DNA of 64,000 bases from Candidatus Thorarchaeota archaeon SMTZ1-45 (GTDB taxonomy: Archaea; Asgardarchaeota; Thorarchaeia; Thorarchaeales; Thorarchaeaceae). A program made the translations under genes and the position numbers. The stretch is taken from assembly GCA_001563335.1 (NCBI GenBank), contig LRSL01000069.1, positions 32,001 through 96,000 on the forward strand, in the 5' to 3' direction. The notes beneath the pieces are model-generated. The model ran no database searches, was not told where the DNA came from, and worked only from the letters and a program-made list of their open reading frames with translations. This document shows, piece after piece, positions 9,888-19,843 of this stretch. Positions within the stretch are counted from its first letter, which is position 1, and each line of letters opens with the position of its first letter.

Positions 9888-10501
9888 CCAGAGAGTTCCT
9901 CCTCAGTGACAATACGGACAACCGTGCCATCCCGTAACCAATTCCTTGCATTGGCTACAGGAATCATAGCAATATCTTCCTTCTTGAATGGACCATATGT
10001 CTTCTCATCCAGCCCTAAGAAAGCATCATCAATTGGTTGTAGAAATCGTACTGTAACATATTCAACTGTTTCAGGGGAGGCGGTCTTGGATTTTTTCACA
10101 TCATCTTTGGTCTTCTTCTTCTTCTTAGGTTGAGATCCAGCTAGGGAATCCTTGACGAACTCCATGTGACCATCAAGAGCTCGTTGAGTCCTATTGAATA
10201 ATTCTTCCTCTGCGAGTGTCATATCCCCTTTTGGTCTGTATCCCAGCAGTACAGCTTTTAGTATCTTCTGTCTTCGGATGGTTAGGAGGTCTTCAATTAT
10301 GAATTCAAGATTAAGGGCTTCTTGAGTCAATATATCAGCTTGGATCCGTTTTTCGGCATCTGTTGATGCCAATGCTAAACGTACGTTAGAGAGATAATCT
10401 ATCATCTTGCTTAATCGAAGGTCGCTCAAGTCTTGGAGACCGTCATTCCGTACTTCATTCTCCCACGTAGTTTTGATATCATCATAACTTAGTTCACTCA
10501 A
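9884..10501 (-). CDS. gins15: GINS subunit Gins15/Gins51
   Basis: A-domain 'W.NE....LQ.L...RRQKIL...MTLAEEELF' then B-domain 'VRFLQ..FLGLDEKTYGPF..EDIA.IP..NA'; follows priS. Confidence 0.88.
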   Translation of the reverse strand: MSELSYDDIKTTWENEVRNDGLQDLSDLRLSKMIDYLSNVRLALASTDAEKRIQADILTQEALNLEFIIEDLLTIRRQKILKAVLLGYRPKGDMTLAEEELFNRTQRALDGHMEFVKDSLAGSQPKKKKKTKDDVKKSKTASPETVEYVTVRFLQPIDDAFLGLDEKTYGPFKKEDIAMIPVANARNWLRDGTVVRIVTEEELSG

Positions 10502-11882
10502 TGATAGCAACTCCTTTGCATAGAACAAATGCTGCTGCTGGTGTTGGTAACTCTACTGACTCTCCGTGATATGGACCATATGTTTCATCACCGATTCTAA
10601 AACGAGGAACTCCCGAAGATTTTTGAAGGAACTTGATTTTCATTTGTCCATCATTAAAAGCAATTGCATCCCGGAAAGGATCAAAGTCATCTAGCTCATC
10701 TCTATTCAGCTGGCTGACGAGGAATCCAGTCTTTCCATTCAGACTCCCAATGAGACGAATAACTCTGTGAATATCATGGGTCACGGGACGGTCTATTTCG
10801 CCACCATATAGCTCTGCTGCTTTCTCTGCGATTTCCTGCCAGGACTTCAGTCCAATGTCTTTTGCCTCTGGGTTTAAAATCGGGGGGTTTCTAAGAAGTC
10901 CATCAAGAGCTGCAACCTTTCCTTTTCTAAGTGATTTGACCCACCTCTCAGTTCCATTGTATGAGTCTATGTTTCGCACAAACTCTACTATGGCGTCTGC
11001 TATCTTCCCAGCCCATCCTGGAAAATCACGATCTGGTACTCGATTCACTCGACCTTGAGTGACGATTACTTTCTCTGTGTTAAGACCAAGACCCATTATA
11101 TAGTGCACAATCTGGATGCGGCTATTTGAATCAAGTGAGTAGACACGAGGATCACGAACACGAACATGATAGCCTCTATGACCGCTATAATTGAGTTGGA
11201 CTAATTCAGGGTCAAATCCGAAATCATTTACAATAAATTTGTCATAGAGCTTCACGGTATATTTTTTCGCTTCACCCAGACAGTTCTCACATATCCACTT
11301 TCTTGTACTGAAGCTCTTACCACCGCAGTCTGGACAATTTTCAGGATGAATACCAGTTCCGGTTTTATGACATTCCTTTTCGTTGCAGCGCCATGCATCG
11401 TGGTCCTTTGCACATGACAAATCTAAATGATCTGCATCAATATCAAATACAAGTTCAGCCCCAAACCATTCTTTCTCATCCATATGGCGTGCCACTGGTA
11501 TCTTATAGAACGCAGCTGAATGATAGACGCTGTGTGGAGCCACGGATGTTAAATCTCGTATCAGTTCATCACGATTCAAATATCCAACGTGACGCCTCCA
11601 TGTTGTTGTCTGGATTTCATCAGATCCACAATTTGGGCATTTTTTGATATTTGATAATGATGTCCCTGATTGTCCACACCCAGTTGTTATGTCATGACCA
11701 GACTCATCGCGACTTTTTCTCACAGGACAAAACCAATTATATTCCCAGCTCTGGATACCAAATTCTCTATTATGTATCTTATCTGGAACATCAATAGAGT
11801 TAGGGTTGGATTTATAGTATTCATGGAACATGAATCGCAGTTTCAAAACAGTGCTTGTGAAACCTTGATTCTGATTTGGCAT
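10494..11882 (-). CDS. priS: DNA primase small (catalytic) subunit
   Basis: REFG, YHSAAFY, ELVFDIDAD, YSGHRGYH, IDRPVTHDIHRVIRLIGSLNGKTG. Confidence 0.93.
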   Translation of the reverse strand: MPNQNQGFTSTVLKLRFMFHEYYKSNPNSIDVPDKIHNREFGIQSWEYNWFCPVRKSRDESGHDITTGCGQSGTSLSNIKKCPNCGSDEIQTTTWRRHVGYLNRDELIRDLTSVAPHSVYHSAAFYKIPVARHMDEKEWFGAELVFDIDADHLDLSCAKDHDAWRCNEKECHKTGTGIHPENCPDCGGKSFSTRKWICENCLGEAKKYTVKLYDKFIVNDFGFDPELVQLNYSGHRGYHVRVRDPRVYSLDSNSRIQIVHYIMGLGLNTEKVIVTQGRVNRVPDRDFPGWAGKIADAIVEFVRNIDSYNGTERWVKSLRKGKVAALDGLLRNPPILNPEAKDIGLKSWQEIAEKAAELYGGEIDRPVTHDIHRVIRLIGSLNGKTGFLVSQLNRDELDDFDPFRDAIAFNDGQMKIKFLQKSSGVPRFRIGDETYGPYHGESVELPTPAAAFVLCKGVAIIE

Positions 11883-11933
11883 GCACTAGAACTCCATCAA
11901 TTGGAACTGATATGTTCGGAATTTCTTGTCCTC

Positions 11934-12689
11934 TCATCTACGTTCTACACGTGGTGCAAGAACGAAGCTTATACTTCCAGCCTCTGCTATTGGAAATTCC
12001 AACATCATTGGCTTATTGGAGGTGAATTGAAGCATTAGGCTGTCACTAGCAATCGCTTTTGAAATCTCCGCCAAGTAATTCAGAGCATACATCGCTATAG
12101 ATTTGCCTGATACTTCTAGTTGGAAAAGTGCTGGCGCATCACCTTTTGTTGTCAATGCAACATTGGCTTCACCGGTATCACCCTCACCAGCGAAGGTGAG
12201 TTGTTCTGGTTCTGCACTAATCTTCACATGACTGGATACAACTCCAATATCTTTGATTGCTTGTTTGAAGGTATCAGCCAACAGTTCTGCTTTTACATCG
12301 AATTGAATTCCAGGTTTCTTTGTCTGATCATCTGGTGGGGTTAAGAGTTGAAGTTTAAACACTCTACTCGCTTGTCCGACCATTCTAATCTCAAACCGGT
12401 TTTCAGACTCATCAAGATTAAATTCAAGATGCTCATCTCCAGCCATCCGCTTACTCACCTTGGCGAGTTCATCAATACCTAGGCAAATGTCATGTTCTCC
12501 TTTACATGAGTACTCCTGAAAAATCCCAGATGGAAGTGTCAAATCAACCATTGCAGCTTTTGATGAGTCAAGCTGTCTTAGCGATATTCCAGATTCAGAC
12601 ACACGGAAATGTGCCTCTGTGAGTAGAGTTGCAAGAGCATCTACAATCTGTTTCCATGTTTTTGTGCTGTCGAGAGTTGCGTGAAACAT
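11934..12689 (-). CDS. pcn: PCNA sliding clamp, paralog 1
   Basis: PCNA signature D.S..AMVDL.L....F..Y; C-terminal FVLAPRVE. Confidence 0.95.
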   Translation of the reverse strand: MFHATLDSTKTWKQIVDALATLLTEAHFRVSESGISLRQLDSSKAAMVDLTLPSGIFQEYSCKGEHDICLGIDELAKVSKRMAGDEHLEFNLDESENRFEIRMVGQASRVFKLQLLTPPDDQTKKPGIQFDVKAELLADTFKQAIKDIGVVSSHVKISAEPEQLTFAGEGDTGEANVALTTKGDAPALFQLEVSGKSIAMYALNYLAEISKAIASDSLMLQFTSNKPMMLEFPIAEAGSISFVLAPRVERR

Positions 12690-12870
12690 GCCAATATCTC
12701 CAACTGTCTGTCAATACGCGAACTGACATATAAAACCCATATGATGTAGTATCATATGAGCAGTCAGTTACGCTAATTATCTTTGAACTAGATTCTGAAA
12801 ATTGATTTCCCATTTAAAATGTACTTCTCGGTGGATTTTGTATTCTTTTTATAGGCAAAAAGACGAATTA

Positions 12871-13623
12871 CTATCGTCGCTCTACTCGTGGGGCTAAAAG
12901 GAACTTGATTATTCCACCTTCTGCAATAGGAAATTCAAGCATCACCGGTTTATTCCCAGTCATCCTGAGCGTTAGGTTGTCACTTGAGATTGCCTTAGCG
13001 ATTTCTGAAAGATAACTGAGGGCATACATCGCAGTAGCTTCTTGTTTCACCTCTAAATCATAGAGAAGTGAATCATCCCCAAGTTTCAATGAGACTTCAG
13101 CTTCGCCGACATCACCTATTCCCCCAAAGCCAAGTGATTCTTTTGTTGCTGTAATTTTCAGATGGTTAGAAACAACACCTATATCTTTTACAGCCTGTTT
13201 GAAGGCGTCAGAGAATAATTCGGCTCGTATCTCAAATGATGGAGTTATCTTTTGGGTCTTCTCTTCTGGCGGGGTAAGTAGTTGGATTTTGAATGTTCGT
13301 TCAGCCAGACCTATCATCCTGATCTCAAAACGATTCTGAGATTTGTCTAGGGTAAATTCAAGTCTATCATCACCAGCAATTCTTTTACTTACTTTAGCGA
13401 GCTCATCTAATCCTATGCTAACTTCATTCTCGCCTTTACAATTATACTCTTGAAATATATTTGAAGGGAGAAATAGGTCGACCATAGCAGCCCTTGAGGA
13501 GTCATATTGAATTAGGAAGATTCCATCTTTTTTTATCAGGAAGTTGGCTTCTGTGAGTAATGTGGCAAGGGCATCTACAATTTGCTTCCATGTCTTACTA
13601 CTGTCAAGAGTCGCATGAAACAT
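12871..13623 (-). CDS. pcn: PCNA sliding clamp, paralog 2
   Basis: Same signatures; N-terminus nearly identical to paralog 1; FLLAPRVERR. Confidence 0.95.
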   Translation of the reverse strand: MFHATLDSSKTWKQIVDALATLLTEANFLIKKDGIFLIQYDSSRAAMVDLFLPSNIFQEYNCKGENEVSIGLDELAKVSKRIAGDDRLEFTLDKSQNRFEIRMIGLAERTFKIQLLTPPEEKTQKITPSFEIRAELFSDAFKQAVKDIGVVSNHLKITATKESLGFGGIGDVGEAEVSLKLGDDSLLYDLEVKQEATAMYALSYLSEIAKAISSDNLTLRMTGNKPVMLEFPIAEGGIIKFLLAPRVERR

Positions 13624-13636
13624 CTTATTCCATCCT

Positions 13637-14011
13637 TCATTCACTCATTGTTCTAGTTACCTTTCCTTCCATATCTTGGATTTCCTTATAGAGTGCTATA
13701 TCTAGTGTGTCAATATCATGTGCGATTGAGGCATTCAATCTGAGTTCTTTTCCACCATCAGTTGTTTTCTCAGTCACTTCTCCTATGAACATGTATTTCT
13801 TACTTAGCTCCAATGATCCTTCGACGCCCACTTGGATTTTCCCTGCGTTCTTCACGTCTTCATCGTAGATGTCTTGGACCACTGCAAGGCCTGGACTTGC
13901 ATCAACAACTATTCCCATTATTCTAACAGGACCATTAGTATCTTTAGACAATTTTCGAATCGTAGTGAGTTTTGATGGTCTTCGACGTGGGAAGCTCTTC
14001 TCTTCAATCAT
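13637..14011 (-). CDS. RPA14/Rpa3-like OB-fold protein
   Basis: 'RRRPS....I..L.....VRIMGIVV...D...LDIALYKEIQDME' resembles Thermococcales RPA14: OB fold plus C-terminal trimerisation helix. Confidence 0.65.
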   Translation of the reverse strand: MIEEKSFPRRRPSKLTTIRKLSKDTNGPVRIMGIVVDASPGLAVVQDIYDEDVKNAGKIQVGVEGSLELSKKYMFIGEVTEKTTDGGKELRLNASIAHDIDTLDIALYKEIQDMEGKVTRTMSE

Positions 14012-14092
14012 TTTAATAGCACCATTCAGCTTAGTAGGAAGACTTGGGCAACAGGTCACTTAAGCTGTTGCATCTTGAGGGCTATAAATTTG

Positions 14093-14416
14093 TCAGTACC
14101 TACGCCAAGTGTGTTTACACTCCGTGCATCTATAGAATTCTGTTGCGCCTTCATCACCTCGTCGTGTCTGGAGTATCCAATAATAAGCATCATTATTCCC
14201 ACATTTGGGACAGGTTTCCTTTGTCACAGGCATTGGGATAGAGTCATCATCTATAACGATTATCTTGTCACGAGGCGTTTTCTCGAGATTTTGAGAAACT
14301 GTGAGCTTTCCTTTGATACCCTTGGTGTGTCCACAACTTCTGCATTTTAGGACTCTATTACCTTCATCATCTGTAGTTGGTATCATCATTGCTCCGCATT
14401 TATCACAGAATTCCAT
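14093..14416 (-). CDS. tfs: Transcription factor S (TFS)
   Basis: FCDKCG..CRSCG N-terminal ribbon; CPKCG...QTRRGDEGAT.FYRC..C..TWR. Confidence 0.95.
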   Translation of the reverse strand: MEFCDKCGAMMIPTTDDEGNRVLKCRSCGHTKGIKGKLTVSQNLEKTPRDKIIVIDDDSIPMPVTKETCPKCGNNDAYYWILQTRRGDEGATEFYRCTECKHTWRRY

Positions 14417-14484
14417 GAAACATTCACTTCTCGGCTGCAGCGTTTAAATATCAATTAAGCATTACGACCATGAACACTTCGAGA

Positions 14485-14895
14485 TTAAGGTAATGAGTGG
14501 GTGTGTTGTTCTAGGAATTGTTGGAATGAGAGTGCGGCAATCTCGCCCTCTTTCTTTCTACTGGTCTTGGAATCTATGTGAAGCGTTTGAATAAGAGCAT
14601 CAACAGTTCCTTGTACAGTAATATTGCCTCTCATCCACAGGTATGCTATTATTGCCTCGTAAGCATCAGCCGCCTTTCCAACATCAGTTCTATGGGTCAT
14701 ATGTCTGTAGATTTCTGTTGCACGTATTGCACGAGCAAGTATACTATCCTGGACCTTATCACCAGTAGCATGACCAAGCACTTTAGATTTCGCTAAAGAA
14801 TAACAAAGATTGACAATGCCATCACCCACTTTTGCAAGTCCTTTATCATTCATGATTTCTTCAACAGATTCATGCTGGACAAAGGCTTCCCACAT
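14485..14895 (-). CDS. Archaeal RNase III-family protein
   Basis: DKGLAKVGDGIVN and ADAYEAIIAY motifs. Confidence 0.75.
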   Translation of the reverse strand: MWEAFVQHESVEEIMNDKGLAKVGDGIVNLCYSLAKSKVLGHATGDKVQDSILARAIRATEIYRHMTHRTDVGKAADAYEAIIAYLWMRGNITVQGTVDALIQTLHIDSKTSRKKEGEIAALSFQQFLEQHTHSLP

Positions 14896-14919
14896 GCAAG
14901 GAGTCGCTCCAAGAATTTT

Positions 14920-15210
14920 TCAGTCAATATTATGATCTGAAACCGCTTGTTTGAATTTCTTGCGGAACTCTTCAGTTCTAGCAAGCATCTTCTCAAGAGC
15001 CTCTCTAAGGATAACATTTGACTGACGTTTCTTAGTCCGTAACGTTAGAATTGGGCTAGCAAGTAGTGGATGTTCGATGTTGTAACCAGCAAACTCCACT
15101 GAAGGTTCTTCCAATAGGGTCTTACGAAGTAGATTTGGGAATGAATGTCCCTCTCCACCAATCTCAAATTTGATTTCGAATTTTGAATATTCAATAGTTC
15201 TTGGCTTCAT
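14920..15210 (-). CDS. rpoL: RNA polymerase subunit Rpo11 (L)
   Basis: GEGHSFPNLLR..L....V.FAGY.I.HPL. Confidence 0.93.
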   Translation of the reverse strand: MKPRTIEYSKFEIKFEIGGEGHSFPNLLRKTLLEEPSVEFAGYNIEHPLLASPILTLRTKKRQSNVILREALEKMLARTEEFRKKFKQAVSDHNID

Positions 15211-15212
15211 AT

Positions 15213-15953
15213 CTAACGCCTCCTATTGCTTCTGTGACGATCATCGCCTCTTCTATCTCGTCTATCTCCACCTCTTCCACGTGGACCATCAAATCTTCTA
15301 CCTCCACGGTCATCGCGGTCATATCGTCTGCGTTCATACGACCGTCTACGGGGGGCTAAATCAGGTCTTGGTTCCAAGCTAAATCTTAATCCATAATCAT
15401 TTGCCACTTCTCGGGTTTCCCGATTCTCACATCGAAGACAAAACATGTTATTGTGAGTCGTGAGAGTAAGAGGATTTCCGCATCTTACACACACTCCAAA
15501 AAGAACCCCGAGGTCAGGACCAACAAGAGTTAGTTCTACAGGAATCTGATGTGTGCTAAGAGCAGAAGCACGAATTATGTCGTTCTGTTTGATTACATCT
15601 TGCATGCTTTTCACATATCTTCGAGTCACATTGCTTATGTGTAGTTCACCCATAAGACTACTATGATAGTCCACATCGTTGATTCGCACTATTCTGACTT
15701 CAGCACGTTGATCAAATACAATGGTGACTTCACCAATTAGTATGTCACCCTTTTTTGGAAGAGCTAATTTCATTCCACCATCAGGACTGAGAATTCTGAT
15801 ACTACGTTCTTTAAGGTCCATATCAACTCGTCCAGGAGCTGCGGCATAGACAATACCATCCTTCTCATAAGTACCAAAACTTGGCATCAACTCTTCGATA
15901 ACACACAGTTGATCTCCTGGTACTACAATATCGCCGCTCTTTACATCAGCCAT
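15213..15953 (-). CDS. csl4: Exosome RNA-binding subunit Csl4 with R/G/D-rich tail
   Basis: VVPGD.L...EE; S1 domain; C-terminal Zn ribbon CVRCG..CLRC..E.REVA; upstream of rpoL. Confidence 0.9.
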   Translation of the reverse strand: MADVKSGDIVVPGDQLCVIEELMPSFGTYEKDGIVYAAAPGRVDMDLKERSIRILSPDGGMKLALPKKGDILIGEVTIVFDQRAEVRIVRINDVDYHSSLMGELHISNVTRRYVKSMQDVIKQNDIIRASALSTHQIPVELTLVGPDLGVLFGVCVRCGNPLTLTTHNNMFCLRCENRETREVANDYGLRFSLEPRPDLAPRRRSYERRRYDRDDRGGRRFDGPRGRGGDRRDRRGDDRHRSNRRR

Positions 15954-15954
15954 T

Positions 15955-16593
15955 CTATTCACGCTCTTTGACACATATTCGATACAGATCTACATCCACC
16001 AGATGTTTCGGTTTTTTGTGGTATTCGAACAGTCGGCCAATTGGAAACTGAAATGTTTCAAGCTGTGTCACTTTGGCACCTAGTTTCTCTATTTCTTTGC
16101 TCAGAAACACCCTGTTCTTGTCGCCAGCGAGGTGCATGCTGTATATCACATCAGCAATAGAGATAGCTGTTTTTAGGAATCTCAAATCAGCACCGCGATT
16201 TTTTACTCCGAACGGGGGATTACTTACCACTGTATCTATTGGACAACATAGCTGTAAGGAAGAAACATCTCCCAGAATCCAGTCTACGATGTCGTCTATT
16301 CCAAGCAATCGGGAGTTCATTTGAGACGCCTTTAAGGCTTTGCTTTGTACATCAATTCCGATGACCCTGCTTGCACCAAGCAATGCAGCCCCTATGGCAA
16401 AAATTCCATCACCACATCCTAGATCACATACTGTTCTATTTGTGATATCTCTATGTTCCATCTGTGCGGCATATAGAACAGAGGCTGCGATTGAAGCAGG
16501 AGTTGGGTATTGTTCTAGAGAAACACTATACTCATCCAGCCTCTTCATTGATTCAAGTGCAATTTCTAGATCCCTTCGCCGCAAGAGCTCCAC
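15955..16593 (-). CDS. METTL5-family N6-adenine RNA methyltransferase
   Basis: LEQYPTP, DLGCGDG, NPPFG. Confidence 0.9.
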   Translation of the reverse strand: MELLRRRDLEIALESMKRLDEYSVSLEQYPTPASIAASVLYAAQMEHRDITNRTVCDLGCGDGIFAIGAALLGASRVIGIDVQSKALKASQMNSRLLGIDDIVDWILGDVSSLQLCCPIDTVVSNPPFGVKNRGADLRFLKTAISIADVIYSMHLAGDKNRVFLSKEIEKLGAKVTQLETFQFPIGRLFEYHKKPKHLVDVDLYRICVKERE

Positions 16594-16689
16594 CGGTTTG
16601 GTGCCTTATTTGGTGATTGAAAAAAGTCTGTATTGATGAATTATATGATTTGTACATGTAAAAGGGCTGGGTAATACCTACTCTTAACA

Positions 16690-16752
16690 GTTCCATATGC
16701 TCCATAGGCTCCAATAGAAATCCACTGGAACTTCCCTCAAGTTCTTATGGAA
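16690..16752. promoter_or_regulatory. Cluster of mini-ORB-like elements; candidate replication origin or cdc6 autoregulatory site
   Basis: CTCCAATAGAAA (16709-16720), ATCCACTGGAAC (16720-16731, one mismatch) and TTCCATAAGAAC on minus (16741-16752) fit YTNCANNNGAAM; located just upstream of cdc6. Confidence 0.55.
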
Positions 16753-16810
16753 GTATTTATGTCCCAGATTGTGCTTTTCATGTAAGATTCAAACTGGAGA
16801 ATGTGATGAG

Positions 16811-18058
16811 ATGGAGAAACCACTTGATAAGCTGTTTGACAAGTTCCTGCAAGGTCAGGCTATTTTTAGAGATAGAACAGCTCTAAGACCTACTTACGTA
16901 CCACAGAACCTTCCATACAGAGATGACCAAATGAGTCGAATTGGATCTATCTTGGGACCCGCACTCAGAGGAGCTCCACCCTCAAACATTCTATGCTATG
17001 GAAAGACTGGTACTGGTAAAACTGTGGTGGCAAGATACGTACTTGATATGTTAGTGAAGAAAGCAAAAGAGAGTGGAATAAACGCGCCTTTGACAGCTTT
17101 TGTGAATTGTAGAATAGTCGGGACAAACTATAGAGTATTAAAACGCCTGTGTGACCAGATAGATGCGACTATGCCCGATGGGTCTGAGGTGCCCTTCACA
17201 GGTCTTCCCACTGATGAGATTCGAGATGTTCTGAAGAATAAGTTAGACTCTGATTCGAATATCCTTACAGTCGTGCTTGATGAAGTTGACAGTCTATTGA
17301 AACGTGATGTGGGACAAGGTAATGATATTCTCTATGGATTGACCAGAATGAATGGAGAGCTAGAAAATAGCAGAATATCAATCATAGGCATAAGTAATGA
17401 CCTGAAGTTCAAAGAGATGCTAGATCCAAGGGTTTTGTCAACGCTTGGAGAAGAAGAAGTGATTTTCTCGCCTTATAATGCTGTGGAGCTGAAAGGTATT
17501 CTAAAACAGAGAGTAGAACTAGCCTTTAATAGAAATGCCATAAGCGATGAAGGCGTGATTAATCTTGTTGGAGCTTTGGCAGCTCAGGAACACGGAGACG
17601 CTCGTAGAGCACTTGATTTGTTGAGAACTGCAGGCGAACTCGCAGAGAGAAGGGGTGATAGTACGGTTACACAAGAACATGTACGTGAGGCACAGAAAGT
17701 CATTGAACGTGACACCATAACTGAAACAGTAAAGACCCTTCCAATGCAATCAAAGGCGGTTCTGTTTGCTGTCTATGTCTTGACCAGCAAGGGTCAGCGA
17801 GATATTTTCACTGGCGAGTGTTATAACATCTACTCGGAAATAGCAAAATCTCTCTCTTTAGACACACTGACCCAAAGACGTGTATCCGACTTAATCTCGG
17901 AGTTAGATATGTTGGGACTGATCAATACTACAGTGATTTCTAAGGGTCGCTATGGTAGAACAAAGAAAATCAAACTGGCTGTTAGCAAGAAACAGATAGG
18001 CGTCATTCTGGATGATGATATTCGTCTCAGTAAGGTGGCACAGGATATCCTTGATTAG
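16811..18058 (+). CDS. cdc6: Orc1/Cdc6 replication initiator
   Basis: GKTGTGKT, VLDEVD, HGDARRALDLLR, wHTH 'RRVSDLISEL..LG.I....SKGRYGRT'. Confidence 0.96.
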   Translation: MEKPLDKLFDKFLQGQAIFRDRTALRPTYVPQNLPYRDDQMSRIGSILGPALRGAPPSNILCYGKTGTGKTVVARYVLDMLVKKAKESGINAPLTAFVNCRIVGTNYRVLKRLCDQIDATMPDGSEVPFTGLPTDEIRDVLKNKLDSDSNILTVVLDEVDSLLKRDVGQGNDILYGLTRMNGELENSRISIIGISNDLKFKEMLDPRVLSTLGEEEVIFSPYNAVELKGILKQRVELAFNRNAISDEGVINLVGALAAQEHGDARRALDLLRTAGELAERRGDSTVTQEHVREAQKVIERDTITETVKTLPMQSKAVLFAVYVLTSKGQRDIFTGECYNIYSEIAKSLSLDTLTQRRVSDLISELDMLGLINTTVISKGRYGRTKKIKLAVSKKQIGVILDDDIRLSKVAQDILD

Positions 18059-18075
18059 ACAGGCTCTGATTGTGA

Positions 18076-19716
18076 TTACACCTTCGACATATCGTAGAAG
18101 AATCTCACACCTGGTGCACCAGTTCTGAGATTCAGAAAAGTGATAATACCGGGGGTTGGTACTATTCCCTGTTTGCGCATGAAGTCGGTCTGGGACTGAA
18201 ATGTCCCAGAGTTGATGATTTGAACTCCGCGATAGTTATCAACAGCATTGTGATGACAATGACCAAAGTGTACTATATCTGGAGGGGTATCAATCACCAT
18301 CCAGTCTCTATGAAGCGGAGCAAGTTCGGTCTTTCCTCCATACATTGGTACAAGATGACGTTTTTTGAGAAGTTCTATCATTGGTTTTGCAGGTTCCGTA
18401 TATGAGGCTCCAGGAATATTCGTCACAAGATCATCCATACTATCTCCATGAGTCAATAGAATATTTACACCCTCGACGAGTATCTGGCTTGGGTCTCCCA
18501 ACATTGTGATACGGTCACCAAGATTGTATAGAGGTTGTGCAAATTCCTCGGAAATAGGAGGTTTAGGAAGAGCCTGTCGGTTAGCATCATGATTGCCAGG
18601 GATACAGAATATTTTGATTTGATTAGGAAGTTTATTCAACTTGCTTCCAAAAAGCGCATATTGCTCATAGATACTCTCAATTCTCAGGTCGTTTCTCTGG
18701 GTGGGATAAACACTGATTCCATCTATCATATCACCTGCAATGAAAAGGTATCTGATATGTTTCACAATGGCTTTGTCCTCTTCATCGACATCACGACCAT
18801 TCATCCAACCAATGAATTTGTCAAACTCATCTTCTAGAAACTCTTTGCTTCCGCAGTGAATATCTGAAATGAAGACAGCGTATACATCTCTTCTAGCTCG
18901 ACCTACATCTCGGGCTGTTGGAATGTCGGGAAATATCACATCATCAGCAATCATCCTCGCATCCTCGTCGATAAATCCGGAGATGCAGGTTATTTCATCA
19001 AGAAGTAGTGAGTTTGCCTTTTCCGAGAGTTGTTGTCCCTTTAGGCCCTCTCGAGTTGCAGGAACAATACAGATTATTGAGTCATCTGCATCTTCAAGAT
19101 CAATTATTACATTTCGTGATTGAGATATACTCTTGCTCTTTACAATTCCAAGTACTGTCTGGGTTGTGCGACTCGATGTACGCATACCTTCTCTAGTCAT
19201 TGCCCGTCTCTGCTTTGCAGAGTCCTTTCTTAGTTTGGCAACCTGTGGTGACACTGCGTTCTGAGTGTCAATTCGACTCAAGTATATCTTTTTGATGCGA
19301 TTGAACCTGTCTGTAAAAAGGGCTAGGAAATCCTCCACAGTTCCTTCAGACCCTACTTGTGCAGCATCGGGATTTTTCTCAATACGAAAGGACCAACCAT
19401 TTTCTTCCTCAAAAGCAGAGATTTCTAGTGACTGTTCTGTGTCTTCTTTTTTAGATTTATCAATTATCTTCTCCGGTTCTTCTTTAGATACAGTTTCAAA
19501 AGTCTGCCCTTCAACAAGTGATTCTACATAGTGACGTGAAAGTACCGCAGGGTGTTTTCCAACTTCATCAGTAATGAGAATGGACTTTACTGTTTCAATT
19601 GGGGTGTCTAAATGTAGAATATATTCAAGTGCTTCAGGTGCCACTTGGAGACCTGACTCAATTAGTAGTTTCAGTATAATTTGTCGCTTTGAAGATGTCA
19701 ATAGGTCACCATTCAA
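18076..19716 (-). CDS. polB: DNA polymerase D small (exonuclease) subunit DP1
   Basis: ISDIHCGS, AGDMIDG..YP.Q, PGNHD, THG, RHL.P.YG, GHCH, NSGTFQ.QT. Confidence 0.93.
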   Translation of the reverse strand: MNGDLLTSSKRQIILKLLIESGLQVAPEALEYILHLDTPIETVKSILITDEVGKHPAVLSRHYVESLVEGQTFETVSKEEPEKIIDKSKKEDTEQSLEISAFEEENGWSFRIEKNPDAAQVGSEGTVEDFLALFTDRFNRIKKIYLSRIDTQNAVSPQVAKLRKDSAKQRRAMTREGMRTSSRTTQTVLGIVKSKSISQSRNVIIDLEDADDSIICIVPATREGLKGQQLSEKANSLLLDEITCISGFIDEDARMIADDVIFPDIPTARDVGRARRDVYAVFISDIHCGSKEFLEDEFDKFIGWMNGRDVDEEDKAIVKHIRYLFIAGDMIDGISVYPTQRNDLRIESIYEQYALFGSKLNKLPNQIKIFCIPGNHDANRQALPKPPISEEFAQPLYNLGDRITMLGDPSQILVEGVNILLTHGDSMDDLVTNIPGASYTEPAKPMIELLKKRHLVPMYGGKTELAPLHRDWMVIDTPPDIVHFGHCHHNAVDNYRGVQIINSGTFQSQTDFMRKQGIVPTPGIITFLNLRTGAPGVRFFYDMSKV

Positions 19717-19843
19717 GTTGGTACAAGTTTTTCGTTTTAAACATCATCTATAGTGAATAAGATAAGTGTAGAAAAACATCCTGCGGGAAATGTAATAAGC
19801 CGCCTACCCAGAGTTCAAATGGCGCCTTCCTTTGTCAGGTGGG

